From the NCBI GenBank assembly GCA_017307785.1, contig JAFKGI010000012.1, positions 64,001 to 128,000 on the forward strand: 64,000 nucleotides of DNA, read 5' to 3'. A program made the position numbers and the translations under genes. Source of the DNA: Vulcanimicrobiota bacterium (GTDB lineage Bacteria; Vulcanimicrobiota; Xenobia; Xenobiales; JADMJV01). The notes below the pieces were generated by a model. That model saw only the letters and a program-made list of their open reading frames with translations. It was not told the origin of the DNA and did no database searches. The number at the start of each line of letters is the position of its first letter. Position 1 is the stretch's first letter. This document shows positions 8,656 to 17,844 of this stretch, piece by piece.

Positions 8656-9666
8656 ATGAGACATCAATCCACTGAAGAGACCATCAAGGCTGATGAAGCC
8701 TTTAGCAAACGCAACTGGAAGGACGCGGAAGACTCCTTTCAGCGCATCCTGACTCGAGCTCCCGAGCATATCGAGGCTTATCTCGGTTTGGCCGAGACGC
8801 AGGCGGTGCTGGGGCACTTCACCAGTACCATTCAGACGCTCTGGCAGGCCGTGGAAATGTGCGAACAGACTGGCCAGCTCGAGCAGGCCCTGCAGATCAT
8901 CGGCCGCATCCTGGAGCTCAAGCCCGAGCACGAACTCTCTCTGGTCAAGCGGGTTGACTTGCTGTTCAGCAATCAGCGGAATGCCGATGGCGTTGCCTAC
9001 TCCCGCGAACTGGCTCAATGGTATCTAGAGAATGACAACGTGGACGCGGCTATCCGGGTCCTCCTGCGCGCCTTCCAGATCAATCACGACGACCTGGAGC
9101 TGACGCTGGTGCTGGCCGAGGCTTATTTGACCAACGGCCAGATGCGCGAGGCCACCGGTCTCTTCCGCCAGGTCATTCCTCACTTCTTGGAAGCCCAGGA
9201 ATGGGAGAAGGCGGCAGGCATCATGCGCCGCCTCAGCCTGATGGACCCCAAGGACCCGAAGAACTTCCTGGAGATGGGCGACCTGTATATCAAGCTGGAG
9301 CGCTACCAGGAGGCGGACCAACAGTTTCGCGCCGTGTTGCGCATCGACCTCAATCACCGCGAAGCCCTGCTAAAAATCGCCGAAGTCTCGCTGATTCGCA
9401 AGCTATTTCGCGACGCCTCGATGGTCTACAACCGCTTGATCACCCTGAGCTCCGACGACGCGGAAGCTCACGAAGGCCTGGGACTGGTCTATAAAGGCCA
9501 GGGGATGCAGGCCGATGCCGCCAAACACCTGCTGATGGCAGGCCTGGCCTATGCCGACAAAGAGAGCAAGGAGCTCGCCCACCGATGCTTCGCGGCCGTA
9601 CTGGAGATCGATCCGGCCAACAATATTGCCTCGCGACAAATGAAAATTCTGGCTCCGGGAGTCTGA
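8656..9666 (+). CDS. tetratricopeptide (TPR) repeat protein
   Basis: Repeated 34-residue helical repeats with the W-LG-Y/A-G-A-P pattern (AYLGLAETQAVLGHF, ALQIIGRILELKPEH, AHEGLGLVYKGQG). Confidence 0.8.
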   Translation: MRHQSTEETIKADEAFSKRNWKDAEDSFQRILTRAPEHIEAYLGLAETQAVLGHFTSTIQTLWQAVEMCEQTGQLEQALQIIGRILELKPEHELSLVKRVDLLFSNQRNADGVAYSRELAQWYLENDNVDAAIRVLLRAFQINHDDLELTLVLAEAYLTNGQMREATGLFRQVIPHFLEAQEWEKAAGIMRRLSLMDPKDPKNFLEMGDLYIKLERYQEADQQFRAVLRIDLNHREALLKIAEVSLIRKLFRDASMVYNRLITLSSDDAEAHEGLGLVYKGQGMQADAAKHLLMAGLAYADKESKELAHRCFAAVLEIDPANNIASRQMKILAPGV

Positions 9667-9671
9667 CGGAA

Positions 9672-10514
9672 ATGAAACTACCCAAAGGCACCACTTTCAT
9701 GCCCGAAGGACTGCTGGTCAGTGGTCCCGACCTCCAAAATATGCTGGAGAATCTGCAGCAAGATCACTTCTCCGGTTACCTGCGAGTGGATTTCTCGAAT
9801 GCTAAAAAAGGATTTATTTTTCTCTCTCGCGGCCAGATGCTGCGAGCTTTCGAATGGACTCCGGAATCCACCAAGCTGTATACGCCGGAACGACTGCTCG
9901 CCAAGGCCGGGGACGGAGCCGCCACATCCTCTTACGTGCTGACTGCGGAAATGTCGGAAACGCTGGCCACCTCCTTTGGCCTGGAGTCCAAGCCCGCCAG
10001 CAACTGGAGGGAGTCCATCCAGCAAGGTCGCCAGACTGGCTTTGTGGAGTTCAGCCAGCCCTTCGCCGGAGCCGTCCTCTATAGAAGAGGCGAGCCTATC
10101 CAGGAAAGCATGACCGGCCGCTACGGCGAGGTCATCTGCGGGCGAGAAGGACTTGGCCAGCTTCTCAAGGAGGGCACTCCCAGCCTGGTTTTTGCGGGTG
10201 ATCCGGCCGAGTTGGACGAGAAATTCCGAAAGGCCCACCAGGACCTCGAGGCCATGCGCGAAGCCAAGCTGAAGTCCGTTTCCGGCTTCTTCGCCACCAA
10301 AGATGCCCTGAAAGTGGAAGCCGAGTGGATCAGCGGCTGGGGAGTGAACCCCAAGGGTTTTAGTCTGGTCGTGGAAACCCCCGAGGGCAAGCGCCTGGGC
10401 AGTTTCAAGGCTATCACCGGCTGCAAAAAGCCCGGCGTCGTGGAAATTCCCCTGAAAATCCTTCAGGAATGGGGAGCCTCCGAGGACCAGGACGTGATGG
10501 TTTACCCGGAGTAA
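9672..10514 (+). CDS. hypothetical protein with two DUF4388-like repeats
   Basis: ATG at 9672 inside ORF 9585..10514. Two copies of a G.L...dL..mLe.LqQ...G.L.v pattern (GLLVSGPDLQNMLENLQQDHFSGYLRVDF ... GFIFLSRGQM; GFVEFSQPFAGAVLYRRGEPI). The DUF4388 assignment is from memory of that family's pattern. Confidence 0.35.
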   Translation: MKLPKGTTFMPEGLLVSGPDLQNMLENLQQDHFSGYLRVDFSNAKKGFIFLSRGQMLRAFEWTPESTKLYTPERLLAKAGDGAATSSYVLTAEMSETLATSFGLESKPASNWRESIQQGRQTGFVEFSQPFAGAVLYRRGEPIQESMTGRYGEVICGREGLGQLLKEGTPSLVFAGDPAELDEKFRKAHQDLEAMREAKLKSVSGFFATKDALKVEAEWISGWGVNPKGFSLVVETPEGKRLGSFKAITGCKKPGVVEIPLKILQEWGASEDQDVMVYPE

Positions 10515-10517
10515 GGC

Positions 10518-11240
10518 TCAGGCCTTAAATTCCGCCTCCAGAGCCCGGGCCAGAATCTCGCGTTGAGCCGGCTTCAGCTTGTTCAAGCCGTCGATGGCCG
10601 CGTTGATTCTCGGCTGGGCTTCTCGCGGAATCGTCCCCTTGCGGACTTCCCCCGCGATCTGGTCCTTGAGTTGGCCGAAAATATTGATCACAAAGAAGTG
10701 CCCTGAAACGAAAGCTTTGCGGTTCTTGACGTTGCCAAAAACCGTTTCGGTCTGGCCGTCGACCCTGCCGGCCACCCATCGCCGAGCGCCGCTATCCAGA
10801 TCGACATAGCTCTTCTGGGTATCCTGGGGCAGGCCACTGAGCAGGCTGCGAACTTCCGGCTTGAGTCGAGCGAGGCGTTCTTCCACGGTGCCGGCGGGGA
10901 TTCTACCGGTCACCAGACTGCTGGCCACCAACTGGCGCACCGCGGGGTCCTTGCTCGGAACCAGACCGCGGTTCTGCAATTGGGCTGCTGCGGCCGTGGG
11001 AATGCCGGCCATCATTCCGGCCACTCCCGTCGTGGTCAGACACGCGGTCACCAGCGCCTTGCGCACGAGGTGCTTCCCCTGGCTGGCCAGAGGAGCGGTG
11101 GGTGCTTCCGCGGCGCTGAGCGCATCCAGATTGCTGGCGGAAAATTGATCCTGAGGCTCACGGACCTCCTCTGCCACAGTCCGAGGTGGGGCGGCGCTGC
11201 GCAGGGGACTGGAGAGGCTGGAGCTCACGGAAGTAATCAT
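10518..11240 (-). CDS. hypothetical protein
   Basis: 240-aa ORF with ATG at 11240; no recognisable motif. Confidence 0.4.
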   Translation of the reverse strand: MITSVSSSLSSPLRSAAPPRTVAEEVREPQDQFSASNLDALSAAEAPTAPLASQGKHLVRKALVTACLTTTGVAGMMAGIPTAAAAQLQNRGLVPSKDPAVRQLVASSLVTGRIPAGTVEERLARLKPEVRSLLSGLPQDTQKSYVDLDSGARRWVAGRVDGQTETVFGNVKNRKAFVSGHFFVINIFGQLKDQIAGEVRKGTIPREAQPRINAAIDGLNKLKPAQREILARALEAEFKA

Positions 11241-11426
11241 TTCTTTAAGTTCGGGAGCTGAGGGGGGAAAACCCTGCCGATTGGTGCCGGACGGTCAAGA
11301 CTTAAGTCCTACGATTCCAAAATCAGTTGAAAAAAACGCGATCGGATTAACAAATCTTTTACGTCCGCCGTAGTATACTGTCACTACAGAAAGTCTCTTA
11401 TAAACGATGGAGTGGAGAAAACTCAC

Positions 11427-12038
11427 ATGCGCTTGTCCGTCACCGTAGGTTTCGTAGCTTGCCTGGTAGGAATGGCCGCCGCCCAGCCCTCCTACCCGAC
11501 TTATCAGCAGAGCAACTACTCGAACCCCGCCAACAGCTACTCGATGCAGAATTCGCTGCCGGATCCCTACGGGCGCAACATCGCACCCTACTTCAACAAC
11601 CAGGAAGTTCGCCTGCCGAATCAAGCCTGGTCCGGCCACGTCGGCGAACTGGTACGCCAGGCCGACGGAGGGCTGTGGATCGTCAACACCAGCGGCCTCA
11701 TGCCCAAGGGTAGCACGGTCTCCATCATGCGAAACGGCCTGATGGTCAATGGCGGTCAGGTTGTGGAATCAGGGCAGGGAACCGCGCTCATCAAGCCCTG
11801 GGCCAGCAGCGACGTAAAGGGCGGGGACAACGTTTACCTCCAGTCCGTCGCGCCGGTAGCGGTGGCGCCCGTCTATGACAAGTTCCAGGTGAACCGGCCC
11901 AGCATGCAGGACCCCACCTATCTCTACTGGACCGATTATATGCACCAGGAGCACCCGGGCCAGATGACCTCGTTGTTCAGCAACTACAACGGCTGGGGCT
12001 ATAACCCCGGCTTCAACAACTACTACTACCGACGCTAA
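11427..12038 (+). CDS. secreted Asn/Tyr/Gln-rich hypothetical protein
   Basis: ATG at 11427 preceded by GGAGA (8-nt spacer). Signal peptide MRLSVTVGFVACLVGMAAAQP; the N- and C-termini are N/Y/Q/S-rich low complexity. Confidence 0.45.
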   Translation: MRLSVTVGFVACLVGMAAAQPSYPTYQQSNYSNPANSYSMQNSLPDPYGRNIAPYFNNQEVRLPNQAWSGHVGELVRQADGGLWIVNTSGLMPKGSTVSIMRNGLMVNGGQVVESGQGTALIKPWASSDVKGGDNVYLQSVAPVAVAPVYDKFQVNRPSMQDPTYLYWTDYMHQEHPGQMTSLFSNYNGWGYNPGFNNYYYRR

Positions 12039-12124
12039 CAAAGCGCAAAATTCTTTCGAAATTCGCTGTCCACGAGGCGAAATCGCCGAAGGACTCGGGC
12101 ACGCAAACGACCAAAGCCGAGAAT

Positions 12125-15100
12125 ATGAACTCGGCGCCAGTTAAAATCTCGAAGGCCGCCCGATTGCTAGCGGAATTGCTAGCAGTCAGCGGCCTTTCTC
12201 TTTCCAAGCCGGCCTGGAGCACCGGACTACGGGCTTACGCGCGCACAGCCGATGCCACCCTGCCGAGCGGCGACCTCGACCCGGTGTTGCAGGAATTGAT
12301 CGACCACAACCTGGTCGTGCGCAGCAACGACCAGGTGAAATTGCTGGATCGATTCTATGAAGACATCATCCTGCAGATCCGGAAAGAACGAAGAGCCGGG
12401 CTCGCCTCCAGCGCGCTCTTCGACCACGTATTCCCATTACTCAGCAGCCCGTTTGATAAAGCCCAGGTCAATTTTCGCACCAGCCTGCTTTTCGGCACCG
12501 CCCGCTATGTCAATCAGAGCTATCATCAATTTGAAGGGGCGGCCGGCAAACCCCGCGAGCTGGCCCAGATCGCCCGCGGCTGGCTTCACGCCGAATCCTT
12601 CCAGCAGGTAGACTCGCGGTGGCACCAGGCCTTGCTGGAGAAGTCCCTGGAATGGGCGGTGGAACATTGCGAGGAGGCTCCTGGAGCGGTCGCTTTCTGT
12701 GAGCGCCAATCGCAACTGAACAACCAGGTCCTGCTCTACCTCGGCCTCTACTGGTTTATGCGAGGCAACGACGAGCAGACCAAGAGATTTTTGCAAGCCG
12801 CCAACCGCATACCCAGCCTTCCGGGACTGGTAGCCTTTGACCTGAAGCGCTACGACATCGCGGTAGAGTCGTTTGCTCAGGCCGCCAGTCGCACCGAGAA
12901 CCCCGTCCTTTACCTACCCGTGACCCGGCTGACGCGCGTGCTCTGCCTGCTGCGCAAGGGGGACGCTGCCCAGGCGCAAACTTGCTGCGGGCCCGACAAC
13001 CAGGGAGTTGACCCCTGGCTGCGCTGGCTCTGCGACCAACGGCAGGGCAAGGCCCGTCACTCACGTCCCTCCTACAGTGCGGCGGAAATGACCAGCTCCC
13101 TGTGGCTGACGGTCGCCAGCTGTGCTTTGACCGTCAACGACCGGGAACTGCAATCCCAGCTCCGCGAAAGCGGCGAGCAACTCGCTCAACAGGCCCAATC
13201 GCAAGGCTTTCTATGGGTCGAGCGCCAGGTTCGACGCTTCCTTCACAAGTTTGATCACGCTCGAGCCGAGTGCAGCCCCTGGGACTGCGTGGTGCCCGAA
13301 CAGCCCTGGAAGTTACGCCTGAAACAGCTGATGGACCTGGCCCAAAAGCCACGTATCGAACCAGAAGAGCGCATCATCTGGACGGTCAGACCGGTGGCGG
13401 CCGGCTGGGAAGCCGTTCCCAAACTGCAGAGTCAGGCCAAGCGCGGCGGATGGTCCAAGGGTCGCCAGCTAGAATTGTTCCGCACCCCGCCTCCCTGCGC
13501 CGATGAATACGACCTGCGTGTTTTCCGCCAGGCACTGGCGCGCAACTTCACCTTGAGCGATGTCTTTCATTCCCTGGTCGGCCATCCTCGCGTCTTTCAC
13601 GAAGACACGGGCCAGCAGATCGAGGTGGTGGAAGGCCGCCCCGAATTCCAGGTCAACAAGGGCCCCAACGGTCTGGCCGTGCGTATTTTGCCCAGTTGCC
13701 TTGACTCCAGTGGTCAGGTCTTGGAAATGGTGGGACACACCAGCCTGAAAGTCTACCGGTTTGATCCGCTTCTCCGGGAGTTTAGCGAGATTCTCGGCGA
13801 CGGCCTGGAAGTGCCCGAAAGCGAGCAGGCCGCCGTGCAGTTACTGCTCGACAAGCTCCCCGCCGAATTTGCGATTGCCTCCGACCTGGCCAGCGACGCC
13901 GTTCAGGAAGTAGCCGCCGACGCGACCCTTTATCTCCGAATCCGTCCGCTGCGTGAAGGCCTGGAGCTCAACATGCTGGTGCGTCCTCTGGGCAGCGACG
14001 GTCCCGAATACCCGCCGACCCACGGGGGTCAGCGAGTTCTGCTGCGGCAGCACGGACGTCGTGTGCAGGGAGTGCGCAACCTGGAGTTGGAAAGCCAGGC
14101 TTGCCAGGCGGTCCTGGACGCCTGCCCGGGCTTTGGTCCAGAGCAGGGAACGGCTCACTGGGTTACCACCGATCTGTCGGCCAGTCTCGAGGTGCTGGAA
14201 CAGGTCGGACGCCTGCCACCCGAAGCCCTGACGGTAGAGTGGCCTGAGGGCCAGTCCATGCGCATCCGCCACCGTGTCAGCGGAGAGAATCTGCGCCTGC
14301 AAGCCGAAACCCAGGGGGAATGGTTCAACGTTCAAGGCCAGCTGGAGTTGTCGGCCGAGGAACATTGGCACCTTCAGGAACTGCTCGAACGAATGCGCAA
14401 CCAGACGAGTCGCTTCATCGCCTTGGGCTCAGGAGAGTTCCTGGCGCTGACCGAAGAACTGCGTCGCCGCCTGGAGGAATTGACCAACCTGGTCGAGCCG
14501 TCCAAAGGCAAGGCCATCAAGGTCCACGGCCTGCTGGCCGGTGCCCTCCAAGAAGTGGCCCCGACGGAGGGCGACGAGTTTTTTCAGCAACGCCTGGCCA
14601 GGCTCAACGACAGCCAGTCGATCAAGCCTCCGCTGCCCAAGACCTTTCAGGCCGAGTTGCGTGGTTATCAGCAAGAAGGCTTTGAATGGCTCAGCCAGCG
14701 CGCCCACTGGGGCGTGGGAGCCTGTTTGTCAGACGACATGGGCCTGGGTAAAACCCTGCAGACGCTGGCTTTGCTGGTGCATCGAGCTCCTCTAGGACCC
14801 GCCCTGGTGATCGCCCCGACCTCCGTTTGCGGCAACTGGCTGGAGGAGGCACGCCGCTTCGCGCCTACCCTGCGCGTACACTGGCTGCTCGACGGAGAAC
14901 GCCAGACGATCGTGGAAAAAGCGGAAGCCTTCGACGTCTTGCTGGTGAGCTACGGAGTGGTGGTGCGCGAAATGAAGATTCTCAGCGCCCGCACCTTTGC
15001 CACCCTGGTGGTGGACGAGGCCCAGGCCATCAAGAATCACGCCACCCAAAGATTCCAAGCGGTGCTGAAGATCCCCAGCGACTTCCGCGTGGTGACCACT

Positions 15101-16012
15101 GGAACTCCAGTAGAGAATCGCCTGGAAGAACTGTGGGCGCTGTTTCGCTTTCTCAATCCCGGCCTTCTGGGCAGCCTCGAACGCTTCCGCGAGCGCTTCA
15201 TCGCCCCCATCGAGGCGGGTCAGGCACAGGCTCGCCAGCATCTCAAAAAGTTGGTGCATCCGTTCCTATTACGCCGAACCAAGACGCAGGTTCTCCATGA
15301 ACTACCGGCACGCACGGACATCACCCTGGAAGTACCTCTCAGCCCTGCGGAACGAACCTTCTACGAAGCTCTGCGCACCCGTGCTCTGGAAAAACTGAAC
15401 GGCAGCGAAATCGAAGCCATGCAGGTATTGGCCGAACTGACCCGCCTGCGCCGTGCCTGCTGCCACCCCTCGTTGGTGGAGCCGAAGAAAAAAGCGGGTG
15501 AAGGCTCCAAGCTGGAGGCCGTGCGGGAATTACTCCATGACATGCGTCAGGGTGGTCATCGAGCCCTGATCTTCAGCCAGTTCGTAGACCATCTCCAGCT
15601 CCTGCGCCAGGAACTCGACCAGCAAGGACTGAGTTACCAGTACCTGGATGGCACCACCCCGGCTCAGGAACGCCTGCGTCGGGTCAAGGCCTTCCAGGCC
15701 GGTGAGGGTGACGTGTTCCTCATCAGCCTGCGAGCCGGTGGCTTCGGGTTGAATTTGACCGGCGCCGACTACGTGATTCACATGGATCCTTGGTGGAACC
15801 CGGCGGTGGAAGATCAAGCGTCGGATCGAGCCCATCGAATCGGCCAGCAGCGACCGGTCACCGTCTACCGACTGGTGGCCAAAGACACGGTGGAAGAGAA
15901 GATCCTGGCGCTGCACAGGCAGAAACGAGAATTGGCTCACGGTTTGTTAGAGGGAGCCGAAGAAGGAGTGCGTTTGAGCGCCGGCGAGTTGCTGGCTCTG
16001 ATGCAGGCATAG
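12125..16012 (+). CDS. SNF2-family DNA-dependent ATPase/helicase with bacterial SNF2-associated domain (paralogue 1)
   Basis: DEXD motifs (LSDDMGLGKTLQTLALLV, VVDEAQAIKN, TGTPVENRLEELW) and a helicase-C region (ALIFSQFVDHL, LDGTTPAQER, ISLRAGGFGLNLTGADYVIHMDPWWNPAVEDQASDRAHRIGQ). The middle region (VEWPEGQSMRI...GEWFNVQGQLEL) resembles the bacterial SNF2-associated domain; 1295 aa. Confidence 0.85.
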   Translation: MNSAPVKISKAARLLAELLAVSGLSLSKPAWSTGLRAYARTADATLPSGDLDPVLQELIDHNLVVRSNDQVKLLDRFYEDIILQIRKERRAGLASSALFDHVFPLLSSPFDKAQVNFRTSLLFGTARYVNQSYHQFEGAAGKPRELAQIARGWLHAESFQQVDSRWHQALLEKSLEWAVEHCEEAPGAVAFCERQSQLNNQVLLYLGLYWFMRGNDEQTKRFLQAANRIPSLPGLVAFDLKRYDIAVESFAQAASRTENPVLYLPVTRLTRVLCLLRKGDAAQAQTCCGPDNQGVDPWLRWLCDQRQGKARHSRPSYSAAEMTSSLWLTVASCALTVNDRELQSQLRESGEQLAQQAQSQGFLWVERQVRRFLHKFDHARAECSPWDCVVPEQPWKLRLKQLMDLAQKPRIEPEERIIWTVRPVAAGWEAVPKLQSQAKRGGWSKGRQLELFRTPPPCADEYDLRVFRQALARNFTLSDVFHSLVGHPRVFHEDTGQQIEVVEGRPEFQVNKGPNGLAVRILPSCLDSSGQVLEMVGHTSLKVYRFDPLLREFSEILGDGLEVPESEQAAVQLLLDKLPAEFAIASDLASDAVQEVAADATLYLRIRPLREGLELNMLVRPLGSDGPEYPPTHGGQRVLLRQHGRRVQGVRNLELESQACQAVLDACPGFGPEQGTAHWVTTDLSASLEVLEQVGRLPPEALTVEWPEGQSMRIRHRVSGENLRLQAETQGEWFNVQGQLELSAEEHWHLQELLERMRNQTSRFIALGSGEFLALTEELRRRLEELTNLVEPSKGKAIKVHGLLAGALQEVAPTEGDEFFQQRLARLNDSQSIKPPLPKTFQAELRGYQQEGFEWLSQRAHWGVGACLSDDMGLGKTLQTLALLVHRAPLGPALVIAPTSVCGNWLEEARRFAPTLRVHWLLDGERQTIVEKAEAFDVLLVSYGVVVREMKILSARTFATLVVDEAQAIKNHATQRFQAVLKIPSDFRVVTTGTPVENRLEELWALFRFLNPGLLGSLERFRERFIAPIEAGQAQARQHLKKLVHPFLLRRTKTQVLHELPARTDITLEVPLSPAERTFYEALRTRALEKLNGSEIEAMQVLAELTRLRRACCHPSLVEPKKKAGEGSKLEAVRELLHDMRQGGHRALIFSQFVDHLQLLRQELDQQGLSYQYLDGTTPAQERLRRVKAFQAGEGDVFLISLRAGGFGLNLTGADYVIHMDPWWNPAVEDQASDRAHRIGQQRPVTVYRLVAKDTVEEKILALHRQKRELAHGLLEGAEEGVRLSAGELLALMQA

Positions 16013-16015
16013 ACA

Positions 16016-16450
16016 ATGAAGAGGTTCCTGATTTTACTATTGCTTGTCGCGCAGGCCGCGCTGGCGGAAGAACCTCCCAAGGATCAGTTGACGGAGCTGT
16101 ATTCCAAACTGGGAGCCGTGTCGCCTAAGGTGGTCAAAGCCGGCTACACCATCTTGCACGTGGAGTTTGACCGCCTGGCGCCTGGGGGCGAATACTCCCT
16201 GCGACGTGACCTGTCCGCCAAAAATAAATACAAGGTCGTCGGCGTTGGGGCCAAAGGCATCACCGACCTGCAGGTGCGCGTGATCGACCCCAAAGGCCAG
16301 GGAGAAACCAACGACCGCCAGGTGGACAGCGTGGCTATCATCAATATGGTTCCGAAGACCAGCGGACTCTACACGATCAAGGTTGGGGCCGGCAAAATCA
16401 ACGCCGACCATCCTTACTTCTTCTGTTTGATCGCGAGTAAACCAAAATAA
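16016..16450 (+). CDS. small secreted hypothetical protein
   Basis: ATG at 16016; signal peptide MKRFLILLLLVAQAALA; 144 aa with a predicted beta-rich body and no known motif. Confidence 0.45.
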   Translation: MKRFLILLLLVAQAALAEEPPKDQLTELYSKLGAVSPKVVKAGYTILHVEFDRLAPGGEYSLRRDLSAKNKYKVVGVGAKGITDLQVRVIDPKGQGETNDRQVDSVAIINMVPKTSGLYTIKVGAGKINADHPYFFCLIASKPK

Positions 16451-16543
16451 AACAGGGACCCCGTTGGCCGCTGGGATGTAAACGAATGCACCCACAACTG
16501 TTACGAAATTTTCAACGTTTCCGAGACCATTTCACGAATGTCT

Positions 16544-16559
16544 ATACTCCGCGGAGTAT
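16544..16559. promoter_or_regulatory. perfect 16-bp palindrome ATACTCCGCGGAGTAT in a promoter region
   Basis: Lies 43 nt upstream of the ATG at 16602, in the intergenic region between the two genes interposed between the SNF2 helicases. Contains a TATACT -10-like hexamer. Confidence 0.4.
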
Positions 16560-16601
16560 CCTCTAAGCAGACCCACACCAGGGAAGGCTTGGAGGCAAAA
16601 A

Positions 16602-17795
16602 ATGGCGATCAGTCTCGGTTCAATTGGCAGCTTTTTCAACCGCGCGGTCGGCTTATCAAATGCTCCAGGCACCAATCAGGGCGCCCCTGGTTTTGCTCCG
16701 GTTAGCGGTTCCGACGTCGCCAATTTCTCCGACGAAATGCTGGAGGGGATGCAAAATCCCCTGGTGGATTCGATGGCCCAGACGTTGCAACAGGTCCAAC
16801 TGGCCCAAAGCTTCGGTGCCGATGCTTCGACTTCACTGCAGCAACTCCAGCAAGAATATCAGGCGGCCCAGAGCCAGGGGGTAGCTCTCCCCACCGAACT
16901 GCAGCAAGCCGTCGAGCAAGTCTTAAGCCAGGCCGGCCTGCTTCCCGGACTGGGCCAGGACCCTTCGCTGCCGGGGGCATCCCAGCCGGGTAGCGGAGAG
17001 GGCTCCGGAGGAACCTCCCCCCAGGCAGCCTCGGATGGTGGCGGTCAAACAGCGGCCGCCCAGGCCGTTGCGCCCACCAGCGCTGGCGGCGAAACCTGGA
17101 GTCAAGCCGCTCTCTTCGATCAAGCGATGGCGAACGAGCCGGCCGACTTCCGCAATCCGGAAGCCTGGGCGCAAGGTGATAGCGCCGGCAATTGCTCGGC
17201 CGTCGCCGTCATCAAGGCCGCCACCGCCGAGAGCGGCAACGCGATTTTCGAAAGCGTGCGCAAGACCGAAACCGGCTATGTAGTGACCACCCAGGACGGC
17301 CGCACCGTCACCGTCAGTCAGGCCGAACTGGCCGCAGCTCAAAAGACGAGCGATTTCGAAGGTCCAGACAGCCCTGCCAAGGCCCAGGCGGTGATGGCTG
17401 CCGGGGTCATCGCCAAAAGTTACCAGAGCGAACATCCCGGAATGACCTACCAACAGGCACTTCATGCCACCAACGGTGTGTATGACCAGAAGTCCAACCC
17501 CAAGGCCGAAGGAATCTATCCGGAGGATGCCGCCCGCCTGCTGGGCATTCCCTACTCTCGAACCAGCGTGCAGACTGCCGTCCAAGATGTGAAGAACGGC
17601 CGTGGAAGCGAGGCCGCCATCCTGTACAACGGCCGCCACGCCGAAGTGGTCACCGGCAATCGCCAGGGCGGCGCCAAAGTCGACGACTACGGACGCAGCA
17701 CCAATACCAACGGCCAGATCAGCAAGAATGGTCAAACCAGCCAGGCGACCAACGGTATCGAATTGCACAGCAAGCCGAAACCGAAAGCCGCCTGA
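16602..17795 (+). CDS. hypothetical protein; Gln/Ala-rich N-terminus, C-terminal Cys/His-containing globular domain
   Basis: ATG at 16602 with GGAGG 6 nt upstream. No signal peptide. The C-terminal region has a single Cys in GDSAGNCSAVAV followed by conserved-looking His residues (HPGMTY, GRHAEVVTG), which fits a papain-like or other Cys-His hydrolase fold but is unproven. Confidence 0.4.
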   Translation: MAISLGSIGSFFNRAVGLSNAPGTNQGAPGFAPVSGSDVANFSDEMLEGMQNPLVDSMAQTLQQVQLAQSFGADASTSLQQLQQEYQAAQSQGVALPTELQQAVEQVLSQAGLLPGLGQDPSLPGASQPGSGEGSGGTSPQAASDGGGQTAAAQAVAPTSAGGETWSQAALFDQAMANEPADFRNPEAWAQGDSAGNCSAVAVIKAATAESGNAIFESVRKTETGYVVTTQDGRTVTVSQAELAAAQKTSDFEGPDSPAKAQAVMAAGVIAKSYQSEHPGMTYQQALHATNGVYDQKSNPKAEGIYPEDAARLLGIPYSRTSVQTAVQDVKNGRGSEAAILYNGRHAEVVTGNRQGGAKVDDYGRSTNTNGQISKNGQTSQATNGIELHSKPKPKAA

Positions 17796-17844
17796 CGCTC
17801 CTCTCCTGAAGGCCCCACGGGCTCGGCTGTAGCATAGAAAGGGG

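Noticed and set aside
16037-16495. 152-aa minus-strand ORF.
   Set aside because: It is antisense to the small secreted protein gene 16016..16450, which has a canonical signal peptide and ATG.
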